This document shows, one piece after another, positions 56,322 to 64,000 of a stretch of DNA of 64,000 bases. The notes beneath the pieces were generated by a model that was given only the letters and a program-made list of their open reading frames with translations, was not told where the DNA came from and did not search any database. Every line of letters begins with the position of its first letter. Position 1 is the stretch's first letter. The stretch covers positions 96,001-160,000 of the forward strand of contig CAWHDZ010000034.1 of the NCBI GenBank assembly GCA_963828255.1, written 5' to 3'. The DNA is from an uncultured delta proteobacterium (lineage in GTDB: Bacteria > Myxococcota > Myxococcia > Myxococcales > Anaeromyxobacteraceae). The position numbers were made by a program, and so were the translations under genes.

Positions 56322-57344
56322 GTGACCACGTCATTCGTAGAATACAGACCGACCCTGGAGAACTACTGGCGCTCGGTCATACTCTTCGGGCTCAACGTCG
56401 CGTCGTACAAGTTCGCGCTGGGCAAGGCCCTGCTCGATCTCGCCCCGCAAGGGAATGACTTCGTGACCCTTGAAACACTGGCGGAGCCGTTCTCGCGACA
56501 CGTCTGCGAGCACCTCAAGTCTGCTCCAAAGCAAGGCACCTTTGCAGAGAGCAAGTTCTTGAATGCCTGTAAGTCGTTCAACGACGGCCAGCTCTCCCAG
56601 GATCGACTGATCGGCGAGACTGTACGGCTCGGGTTCAATAACGTCATCGACGCATTTCATGTCGTGAATCGTGGGGAGATCGGGACACGGTTCTTTGTCG
56701 ATGAGAGGAAGGGGGCCCAGAAGGGCATTCGCCTCACTGACCAGATTCGTACGCTCCGGGAAGCCTTCCAGTTCCGAAATCTCCCCGGCGAGATCGAAGC
56801 GCGGTGGAGGCTTGTCGAAACTTCATGGGAACTCAAGCTGCCCCGGCACGTCATAGCCATCGAGTACGACGAGACAACAGAGCGCCTCTTCGTCGATAGG
56901 TATGGATACGAACGAAGAGATGTGACGGCTTGTCGGGATGCCTTGAACGGTTACCAGCGAGGGAAGTGCTTCTACTGCCGCATCGACATCTCTATCGAGC
57001 CAGGTGGCGTAGATATCGATCACTTCTTCCCGCACACTCTTCATCGGTCAGGATACTTGGCCAATCCAAACGGGGTCTGGAACCTCGTTTTGGCGTGCGT
57101 CAACTGCAACCGTGGGACATCCGGGAAGTGGGCATTGGTGCCGGAACTGCGCTTTCTCGAACGCCTGTACCGACGCGGCGAGTATCTCATCGGCAGTTTC
57201 CATCCCCTTCGCGAGACGCTGATGGCTCAGACAGGCGCGACTCCCGAAGAACGTAAGTCGTTCTTGCAGACACGCTGGAACGAGGCGGTCGGGCACCTCA
57301 TTCACACCTGGCACCCTGAGAACGAACTGGAGCCGAACCTATGA
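56322..57344 (+). CDS. HNH endonuclease with N-terminal SYKFAL domain
   Basis: CFYC...IDHFFP...WNLVLACVNCN; N-terminal ASYKFALGKALL. Confidence 0.88.
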   Translation: MTTSFVEYRPTLENYWRSVILFGLNVASYKFALGKALLDLAPQGNDFVTLETLAEPFSRHVCEHLKSAPKQGTFAESKFLNACKSFNDGQLSQDRLIGETVRLGFNNVIDAFHVVNRGEIGTRFFVDERKGAQKGIRLTDQIRTLREAFQFRNLPGEIEARWRLVETSWELKLPRHVIAIEYDETTERLFVDRYGYERRDVTACRDALNGYQRGKCFYCRIDISIEPGGVDIDHFFPHTLHRSGYLANPNGVWNLVLACVNCNRGTSGKWALVPELRFLERLYRRGEYLIGSFHPLRETLMAQTGATPEERKSFLQTRWNEAVGHLIHTWHPENELEPNL

Positions 57345-57730
57345 CGGAGCGACCGTGCCCTTTCTGCGATCGTATTGCGGCTGGCAAGGTCGAGGCCGAG
57401 TCAAGGCTTGCAGTCGCCTTCCCGGATGGCTTTCCTGTCAGTAACGGCCATTTTCTGGTCGTCCCGAGGCGTCATGAGGCCGACTTCTTCGCGCTGACGC
57501 AAGCCGAGCAAGAAGACATGCTTGCTGTCGCCAGAGAGGTGGAGAGCCTCCTTCGGTCCAAGCACAGTCCTGCGGGGTTCAACGTCGGCATCAACGTCGG
57601 CACGGCTGCTGGCCAGACAGTCGGGCACGCTCACCTTCATCTGATTCCCCGGTACAACGGAGATGTGGCGGACCCGAGGGGCGGCATCAGGTGGGTGATC
57701 CCGACGAAGGCCCCCTACTGGGAACGGTAA
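57341..57730 (+). CDS. HIT-family nucleotide hydrolase
   Basis: CPFC, FPVSNGHFLVVPRRH, GQTVGHAHLHLIPRY.GD; ATGA overlap with the HNH gene. Confidence 0.93.
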   Translation: MTERPCPFCDRIAAGKVEAESRLAVAFPDGFPVSNGHFLVVPRRHEADFFALTQAEQEDMLAVAREVESLLRSKHSPAGFNVGINVGTAAGQTVGHAHLHLIPRYNGDVADPRGGIRWVIPTKAPYWER

Positions 57731-57756
57731 GAGCCCCACCAAGCCCCGCTAGAATT

Positions 57757-58644
57757 CTAGGGTGCGTTCACCACCGTAGCCGAGAGGGCGTAGGAGTAAG
57801 AGCACGCAACATGGCAATCACAAACGTTGGGTAAGGCCACTCCGGACGGCGGCGTTACGCTGTTGGTCAAGGATCCGGTGAAGCCCAAGGGTCGCCCGGA
57901 CGGATCGCGATTCATGGTCCCGCGAGTCCGCTCCTCGATTGTCACGGGGCAGGAGCAGTTCAAGAGCGGGGAGCCGGGCGGGCAGAGGCACCTCCCTGCC
58001 GTGACTGCTGTGACGTTCGGGCAAGTGCAACTGCCCACGTTCACGGTTGAGTTCACGTAGAACAGGTCGATGTCATAACCAGTGTGGGTTCCGAGGCGTG
58101 GCACCGAGTGCGGGGCCACTAGGAATAGGGCAGCGCGGTCACTACCATCGGCGGCGAAAAAGATGTCGCCAGAAAACCCGATGGGGTTCCTAACTTGGTA
58201 AGCGGGGCTTCCGGGGTTGGCGAAGAAGCAGTCGTTGGGGCTCAGAATCTGGCTGCCAGCAAAGGCGAAGGTGCCGATCAGGTTCCCCCAGGCAACGGCC
58301 ACGCTGAGAATGGCCGTAGTACTGCCCGAGGCGTTGGTCGCTGTCACAGTGTAGTTGGCCGCTTGCGTGACCGCCGTGGGTGTCCCACCGATGACACCCG
58401 TAGCTGTACTAAGGCTCAGCCCTGGCGGTAGCGCCGGAGTCACGCTGTAACCGCTGACTGTCCCTCCCGTATTGGTTGGAACGTTCGGCGGAATCGCAGT
58501 TCCCTGCGTATAGACAGCGGGGTTCTGCGAGTACGCGAGGCCAGCGGGCGGCGTGCCGGTGCCCCCTCCCCCCGATCCCGTGGAGTCACCGCCACATGCG
58601 GTGAGCGCCAACACCATTCCGACAGCGAGCTGTGGACTTCGCAT
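57757..58644 (-). CDS. Lipoprotein with putative Ig (He_PIG) domain and Cys-rich C-terminus
   Basis: LTAC lipobox; PALPPGLSL..ATGVIGGTPT...YTVTATN. Confidence 0.82.
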   Translation of the reverse strand: MRSPQLAVGMVLALTACGGDSTGSGGGGTGTPPAGLAYSQNPAVYTQGTAIPPNVPTNTGGTVSGYSVTPALPPGLSLSTATGVIGGTPTAVTQAANYTVTATNASGSTTAILSVAVAWGNLIGTFAFAGSQILSPNDCFFANPGSPAYQVRNPIGFSGDIFFAADGSDRAALFLVAPHSVPRLGTHTGYDIDLFYVNSTVNVGSCTCPNVTAVTAGRCLCPPGSPLLNCSCPVTIEERTRGTMNRDPSGRPLGFTGSLTNSVTPPSGVALPNVCDCHVACSYSYALSATVVNAP

Positions 58645-59052
58645 AACTTCCCCTCCGACGTGCACAATACGTGAGCGGGTGGAGGATGCGAGTACCAAGG
58701 AAGGGCGGGGTCAGTGGGCAACGTTATTCGCCTCAATCAGCCCCGTTTTGCGAAGCCTATTCCTAGGTCGGCATCAGATCGTCGCCAGCCTACCCTTCGG
58801 AAGTCGGCAGATCAGCGACCGCACATCTACCCAGCCCCGCCACAGGGTCTTCGTCGTCCACTCGGACGAGGCTCCTCGGCCAGGAATGGGCTCACCGACA
58901 GTGCAGGGCGGGAGCCTGCCCAGGTGGAGCCACAGCCCACGGCACTTGCTCGACAGGCCTCGGACGCGAGATCCGCACTCCGTTCACCGCGTGGGGCTGC
59001 TATTGTCGTTGCCGTTCACGACTCGCGTTCCGAGGGCTGCCAAGGAGCTTCG

Positions 59053-60069
59053 ATGCATCTCCACCGAGCCGCCGCTGTCATCGCAAGCGTCGTTGCCGCC
59101 GCGTTCGTTGCATGCGGCGGGACCTCCACGCCGACCGATCCTCCCACCGGTCTTCTGTACTCCTCCAACCCAGGCGTCTACACGGTGGGCTCGGCCATCA
59201 CCCCCAACACGCCGACCAGCAGCGGAGGGGCCGTAGCGTCCTACGCAGTGTCGCCCGCGCTGCCCCCAGGCCTGAGCCTGAACACCCCCACTGGCGTCAT
59301 CGGAGGGACGCCCACGGCTGTTACGCCAGCGGCCAACTACACGGTGACCGCCACCAACGCCACGGGCAGCACTACGGCGATTATCAACGTAGCGGTCAAC
59401 GCCGTGATCCCGCCCACTGACCTTTCGACGCCACTGCCTCCTGGGCTGGGACCAGCAGCGTTGGTCACCGATCTCGGGTGGCCAGCAGCCTGCACCTCAG
59501 GGACCGGCACTGGGACGTTGACCATCGGAGCGTCGATAATCGTCCTCGGTTCGCCCGGGTACACCGAGCGACACGCCCGGGGCTGCGTCGCGTCTCCGCT
59601 TTTGGCGGTGTGGCAGGCGCTCCAGATCCCGACCGGCATCGACGTGGCGTTTTGGCCGGAGCGCACCGAGTCCGATTGTGAGCCTCGACGCGACGTCGAG
59701 TCCGGCTACGCGGTGAGCTTTCTCACGAAGGAGATCCCCCACGGCGGGATCCAGAGTCACTACACATTCGAGGTCACTTGGCGCGCTGAACTGACACAGG
59801 GCACGACCTCCGCCCCCACTGAGGTGAAGATGTTCTACGGGAAGACCTTCGGCACCGTGGAGGTCCCCTGGCTTCGCGGCTCGGCCGTCTTCACCACTGA
59901 TTCCTCGAACCCCGGATGGACACGCATCGAGTTGGTCCGTCAGTACAACTCGAATGGTCATGCCGATGATCCGACGAAGCTCTTGAACTGGTTGCAGGGA
60001 TTCTACGACGGCCTCCAGACCCAGTTATCCACGGGGACACTGACTCCGCGCTACTGCGTCCTGCCCTGA
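59053..60069 (+). CDS. Lipoprotein with putative Ig (He_PIG) domain and an unrelated C-terminal domain
   Basis: AAGGAG Shine-Dalgarno; FVAC lipobox; PALPPGLSLNTPTGVIGGTPT...YTVTATN. Confidence 0.82.
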   Translation: MHLHRAAAVIASVVAAAFVACGGTSTPTDPPTGLLYSSNPGVYTVGSAITPNTPTSSGGAVASYAVSPALPPGLSLNTPTGVIGGTPTAVTPAANYTVTATNATGSTTAIINVAVNAVIPPTDLSTPLPPGLGPAALVTDLGWPAACTSGTGTGTLTIGASIIVLGSPGYTERHARGCVASPLLAVWQALQIPTGIDVAFWPERTESDCEPRRDVESGYAVSFLTKEIPHGGIQSHYTFEVTWRAELTQGTTSAPTEVKMFYGKTFGTVEVPWLRGSAVFTTDSSNPGWTRIELVRQYNSNGHADDPTKLLNWLQGFYDGLQTQLSTGTLTPRYCVLP

Positions 60070-60117
60070 GGTATTGGCTGATCGATCCCCCCCAACAATC
60101 CGCCCCAAGCGAACAAC

Positions 60118-61020
60118 GTGCCAAGCGTTCCCAACGAGAACCCACCAGTCGAGGTCGTCCGCTCACTTGAGGCCGCGATCAAGGACGGCCTCACGCGCCT
60201 CGGCGCGAGTTCGGTCCCCCGCTACGCTCGGTTCATTCTCGCGGCCCTCAGTAGTATCCCGTGGGTCGGCGGACTCATCGGGGCCAGCGCGAACCTCTAC
60301 GGTGAGCACGACCAGGAGAAGGTCAACCGCCTCCAACGAGCGTGGCTGGAGACGCACGGAGAGCGTCTCCGCGACGTGGCCGATGCTATCGACGACGTGA
60401 CAACTCGGCTCGATCAGTTCGGCGAAGAGGTTCAGCAGCGAATCGAGAGCGAGGAGTACCTGTCCCTCGTTCGCAAGGCATTTCGAGTTTGGGACGAGGC
60501 TGACACCAAGGAGAAGCGGCGTCTAATTCAGAAGCTTCTCGCCCATGCGGGAAGCTCGAGAATCACCTCCGACGACGTGGTGCGACTCTTCGTGGAATGG
60601 ATTGAGCGGTACCATGAGGCTCATTTCGCGGTCATCCGCGAGGTGTTCCGGCACCCCGGGTCAACGCGCTCCGACATTTGGGAAGCCATCCATGGCGACC
60701 AGCCACGCGAAGACTCTGCCGAGGCTGATCTTTTCAAGCTGCTCATCCACGACCTGACTACTGGACGGGTCATCCGTCAGCACCGGCCCACGAACTATCA
60801 TGGCCAGTTCCTGAGGAAGGCGCGGACGGGACCCAGGACGCCAGCCCCTTCGGTCATGAAGTCGGCCTTCGACGGTGCCGATCCCTACGAACTCACCGAA
60901 CTGGGGAAGCAGTTCGTCCACTACACGATGAATGAAATAGTGCCGAGAATGGGTGAGGGTCCCGTGAATCCGAGCGCCTCCGAGCCAGCGCAGGTGGATG
61001 ACAAACCGACCGAGGCCTAA
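60118..61020 (+). CDS. Hypothetical protein, Abi-alpha/DUF4393-like
   Basis: IPWVGG N-terminal helix, coiled region, EK..L..LL, C-terminal LTELGKQFV winged-helix-like end. Confidence 0.55.
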   Translation: MPSVPNENPPVEVVRSLEAAIKDGLTRLGASSVPRYARFILAALSSIPWVGGLIGASANLYGEHDQEKVNRLQRAWLETHGERLRDVADAIDDVTTRLDQFGEEVQQRIESEEYLSLVRKAFRVWDEADTKEKRRLIQKLLAHAGSSRITSDDVVRLFVEWIERYHEAHFAVIREVFRHPGSTRSDIWEAIHGDQPREDSAEADLFKLLIHDLTTGRVIRQHRPTNYHGQFLRKARTGPRTPAPSVMKSAFDGADPYELTELGKQFVHYTMNEIVPRMGEGPVNPSASEPAQVDDKPTEA

Positions 61021-61023
61021 GAC

Positions 61024-62456
61024 CAATGCCGATCAGATAAGGGCAAGCGATCGCCGCGACTGAGGTTTGGGCGACGGTCTTGCCGTAGGGATCGAGGGGA
61101 TCATGATGCACGTCGGGAGGAAACGACGTGCACCTTGGCCAGGCGTTGGCGGCGGCGGCGGAGTTCGCGGAGCCGAGTAGCTTCGAGCAACTTGGGCGGC
61201 ACCTCGACCCGGCATGGATCGAGCGGGCGCTTCGGGCCACGGGGACGACGACGATCCGTCGGCGGCGATTGCCCGCCGAGCAGGTGGTCTGGCTCGTCAT
61301 CGGGATGGGGCTGTACCGGGCTGAATCGATCGAGCGGGTCGTGGACCTGCTCGACATTCCGTTGCCGGACCAAGACGACACGGCGGTCGCTAAGAGTGCC
61401 GTCAGCCAAGCGCGGCAGCGGCTCCCGGAGGCACCGCTGGCGTATCTGTTCGAGACGACGGCGGCGGAGTGGGCGACGCGGAGCGCGGATGCGCATCGAT
61501 GGCGCGGTCTGGCCCTTTTCGGGATGGACGGAACCTCGATGAGGGTCCCGGATTCGCCGGAGAACCGGGAGGTTTTCGGAGGACCGGTCGGCCGGAACGG
61601 CGACAGTGGCTATCCCCAGGTCCGAGTCGTGGCGCTGATGGCGCTTCGCTCGCACGTGCTCGCAACCGTTCGCTTCGCCAAGTACAGCATCGGCGAGACG
61701 ACGCTGGCCCGGTCGGTCTGGAGCGAGATCCCCGAGAACACGCTGACGATCGTCGACCGGAACTTCCTCGTGAAGAAGGACCTCATCCATCTCGAGACGA
61801 GCGGGAACCGGCACTGGCTCTCGCGGACGAAGGTGAACACCCGCTGGGCGGTGAAGGAGAAGCTCGGCAAGGACGACTATCTCGTCGAGTGGGACGTTCA
61901 CGAGACCGGCCTGCCGGGGAAGTGGGAAATCCGGGCGATCCACTACAAGCGCAAGGGCTGCCCACGCTCCACGCTTCTGACCTCGCTCGTCGATGCGGAA
62001 AAGTACCCGGCCAAGGAACTCGTCGCCCTCTACCACGAGCGCTGGGAACTGGAACTCGCGTACGACGAGGTGAAGACGCATCTCCTCGACCGCCAGGAGA
62101 CGATCCGCAGTCGAACCCCCGGCGGCGTTCGCCAGGAGCTCTGGGGGATCGCCATCGCCTACAACCTGGTGCGCAGGGAGATGGAGCGCGTGGCCGAGGC
62201 GGCCGGCGTCCCGCCCACGCGCATCAGCTTCGTCAATGCACTCTTCTACGTCCGCGACGAACTGAGCCGACTCCGGGGCCGAACTCTCGCGTTTGGAACC
62301 ATCCCCTCGCGACTCAAAGCGCTCGAACGAAACCTCAAACGGCTCATCCTTCCGGAAAGACGCCCAGAACGTGCCTTCCCCAGGGCCGTGAAGATCAAGA
62401 TGAGCAACTACCCCCGGAAGCTACCCGTCACCGCAGGCCGTAAGTGAACGGCATTG
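61024..62456 (+). mobile_element. IS4-family insertion sequence with 10-bp target duplication GGCCTAAGAC (61014-61023, 62457-62466)
   Basis: IRL CAATGCCGATCAGATAA, IRR reverse complement CAATGCCGTTCACTTA; perfect flanking direct repeat. Confidence 0.95.
61128..62447 (+). CDS. IS4-family DDE transposase
   Basis: RRRRLPAEQVVWLVIGM, MDGT, IVDRNF, YHERWELELAYDEVK (YREK motif). Confidence 0.96.
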   Translation: MHLGQALAAAAEFAEPSSFEQLGRHLDPAWIERALRATGTTTIRRRRLPAEQVVWLVIGMGLYRAESIERVVDLLDIPLPDQDDTAVAKSAVSQARQRLPEAPLAYLFETTAAEWATRSADAHRWRGLALFGMDGTSMRVPDSPENREVFGGPVGRNGDSGYPQVRVVALMALRSHVLATVRFAKYSIGETTLARSVWSEIPENTLTIVDRNFLVKKDLIHLETSGNRHWLSRTKVNTRWAVKEKLGKDDYLVEWDVHETGLPGKWEIRAIHYKRKGCPRSTLLTSLVDAEKYPAKELVALYHERWELELAYDEVKTHLLDRQETIRSRTPGGVRQELWGIAIAYNLVRREMERVAEAAGVPPTRISFVNALFYVRDELSRLRGRTLAFGTIPSRLKALERNLKRLILPERRPERAFPRAVKIKMSNYPRKLPVTAGRK

Positions 62457-62947
62457 GGCCTAAGACCGCAAGGGTATGCGACGCTGATCTTTGTGCCATG
62501 AACGGCACCGGTACCTCTGGCGCACGTTAAGCCCGAACGTCCGGCGGCAGAACTGCATCCAGTTCCACATTCGCTGCTCCAGCCGCAAGGGTCACCCGGC
62601 TAACCTCGACATCCCGCCGTCCCAAAATGTTGAGCCCGACTTCCCCCTCGCAACGGGGGCTGGCGGATCGGCAGCAGGGGTCGGTCCGAAAAGGTACTTC
62701 TGGGACTGCACCCGGTTGATGGTCGCTTGGCGCGCATTTCCCGGAAGCCACCGTCATTCGAATACGCCGCCTGCCCCTAATCGGTCATGTGGCCGTCGCC
62801 GACCAGGGCAGGAGCCGCCAAGCCCTCCTGACGGGGAATTAGGAACCAGAATTCCGGCCATTTGCAGGGCCATCGGTCGGGCATGAACACGAGGTCCCGT
62901 TCCGCCTGAAAGCAGCGTCGTGTCCCCCCCGCCTGTACACTCCTTTC

Positions 62948-64000
62948 GTGCCTCCGAGAACACCCAGCAAGAGCCGCGTCCGTCGTGCAGCTGACGTCGA
63001 GGGCAAAGTCCGGTCCTGGCTTGTCAGGAGCGGCACCACCGTCTTGGACCCTCAGTCGCTCAGGAAGGCCGCAGCAGGGGAACAGGACCCGCTCAACTAC
63101 ATCGACTTCCTTGTCACGAAGCCATTTCCCTTGGCGATCGAAGTGAAGGGTTCCGTTACCGCGCTGCCCCTATCCGCAAAACGGCTTCTGTCGACCCGCA
63201 TCCTCCTCGCCGAGTCGTTCGGACCCGACTTGCCTTTCGTCGTGGTTGCCGCCGACGGGGTCGGCCGGCCCACTTCACGAACGCAGCTTCCCTTTGTGGA
63301 TCGAGTTCTTTTCGCTTCCCGCCTGCCGATTCTTGCAGACTTGGCGAATGTGCAAGTCCGGCGGGATTTTCGCACCATCTTTTCTCTCGGAGACCCAGGA
63401 CCTGTGCAGTTCTCCTCTGCGACACAGGTGACCTCCGATTGGTCGCGGCCTTGCACTCTCGAAGACTTCCTCGGGAGGGTCAGGGTGGCGGACCGAGTGC
63501 TCGGGGCCGAACTTAGGCGATCCCTTGTGTCGCAACTCTCCCCAGATGCGTCCGAATCTCGCGACAGCACCCGCGCTGACTTTGCTGGGCTAACGCACGG
63601 GACATACTTTGCCCTCGTGGGAAAGCTTCAGGGCGAATTCTCGAGGCACCTTGAGGAGAAGGCAGGCCTACGCGTCATAGGCAAGACCCATCCCGGCACC
63701 GGGCTCGGGCAACTCACAGAACTGCGCTCCGCCGCTGGTTCAATCCTAGCGGTGGACTTGCTCTTCACTTCCCCCGGCTCTCTTTCCAGCAAGGTCCGAG
63801 AACTCGTCGCACGGGCCTGGCTTCTACGCGCGATGAAGTCCCCGTCGCCGGTTGTCCCCGTCCTAGTGCTCGCGCTTTTGGGCGGGACCTCGGGGGAGGA
63901 CGGTGTCCCCAATTCGCCGGCACCGTCGTTGGCAAACCTCAACGCGTTGGAGTCTGCGGGCTGGCGAGTGCTCCCCTTTGACTTAGGCCATCCACAGAGC
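62948..64000 (+). CDS. PD-(D/E)xK nuclease-fold protein, 3'-truncated (not in the ORF track)
   Basis: Manual translation from GTG 62948 is open to the window end: VEGKVRSWL...IDFLVTKPFPLAIEVKG. Confidence 0.65.
   Translation, partial: MPPRTPSKSRVRRAADVEGKVRSWLVRSGTTVLDPQSLRKAAAGEQDPLNYIDFLVTKPFPLAIEVKGSVTALPLSAKRLLSTRILLAESFGPDLPFVVVAADGVGRPTSRTQLPFVDRVLFASRLPILADLANVQVRRDFRTIFSLGDPGPVQFSSATQVTSDWSRPCTLEDFLGRVRVADRVLGAELRRSLVSQLSPDASESRDSTRADFAGLTHGTYFALVGKLQGEFSRHLEEKAGLRVIGKTHPGTGLGQLTELRSAAGSILAVDLLFTSPGSLSSKVRELVARAWLLRAMKSPSPVVPVLVLALLGGTSGEDGVPNSPAPSLANLNALESAGWRVLPFDLGHPQS

Larger units (their letters stand above)
46590..64000. mobile_element. tRNA-Arg-integrated genomic island / satellite-like element (right end outside the window)
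   Basis: Clear shift to more AT-rich sequence after the tRNA; integrase, Xis, resolvase, primase-helicase, defence-like cargo and an IS. Confidence 0.85.

Noticed and set aside
58300..59400. Shufflon or invertible segment between the inverted Ig modules
   Set aside because: The copies are diverged, with only short identical runs, and no clear invertase crossover sites were found
62467..62940. Short ORFs to the right of the IS4
   Set aside because: No RBS, motif or coherent composition; left uncalled

Overview
Very GC-rich myxobacterial chromosome segment, most consistent with Anaeromyxobacter (inferred from gene content). 1-46.6 kb is mostly host DNA. It holds a 5'-truncated gamma-class adenine methyltransferase and a Mo-nitrogenase cluster (nifH-D-K-EN-X-fdx-B-W plus a frameshifted outer-membrane protein gene) with nifA, a GNAT gene, draT and draG, several sigma54 promoters and a NifA UAS. 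It also holds ssb, vapBC, radC, yceI/arsR, dapC-D-E, sthA, pomY-Z-X, transport and peptidase genes, tldD/E, an ECF sigma/anti-sigma locus, serS, a Czc/Cus-type RND pump and three tRNAs (Ser, Ser, Arg). From the tRNA-Arg(ACG) 3' end to the window end lies a visibly more AT-rich integrated element; its right end is not in the window. Its backbone has a Zn-ribbon tyrosine integrase, two Xis-like HTH genes, a serine resolvase, an iteron/hairpin-rich putative origin, an OB-fold-like gene and a frameshifted RepB-primase/PriCT/RepA-helicase gene. Its intact cargo comprises a coupled HNH nuclease + HIT hydrolase pair (best candidate for an undescribed defence system), two divergent Ig-domain lipoproteins, an Abi-alpha-like gene, an IS4 with a 10-bp target duplication and a PD-(D/E)xK nuclease ORF missing from the ORF track. 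All family assignments come from motif recognition, not database searches.
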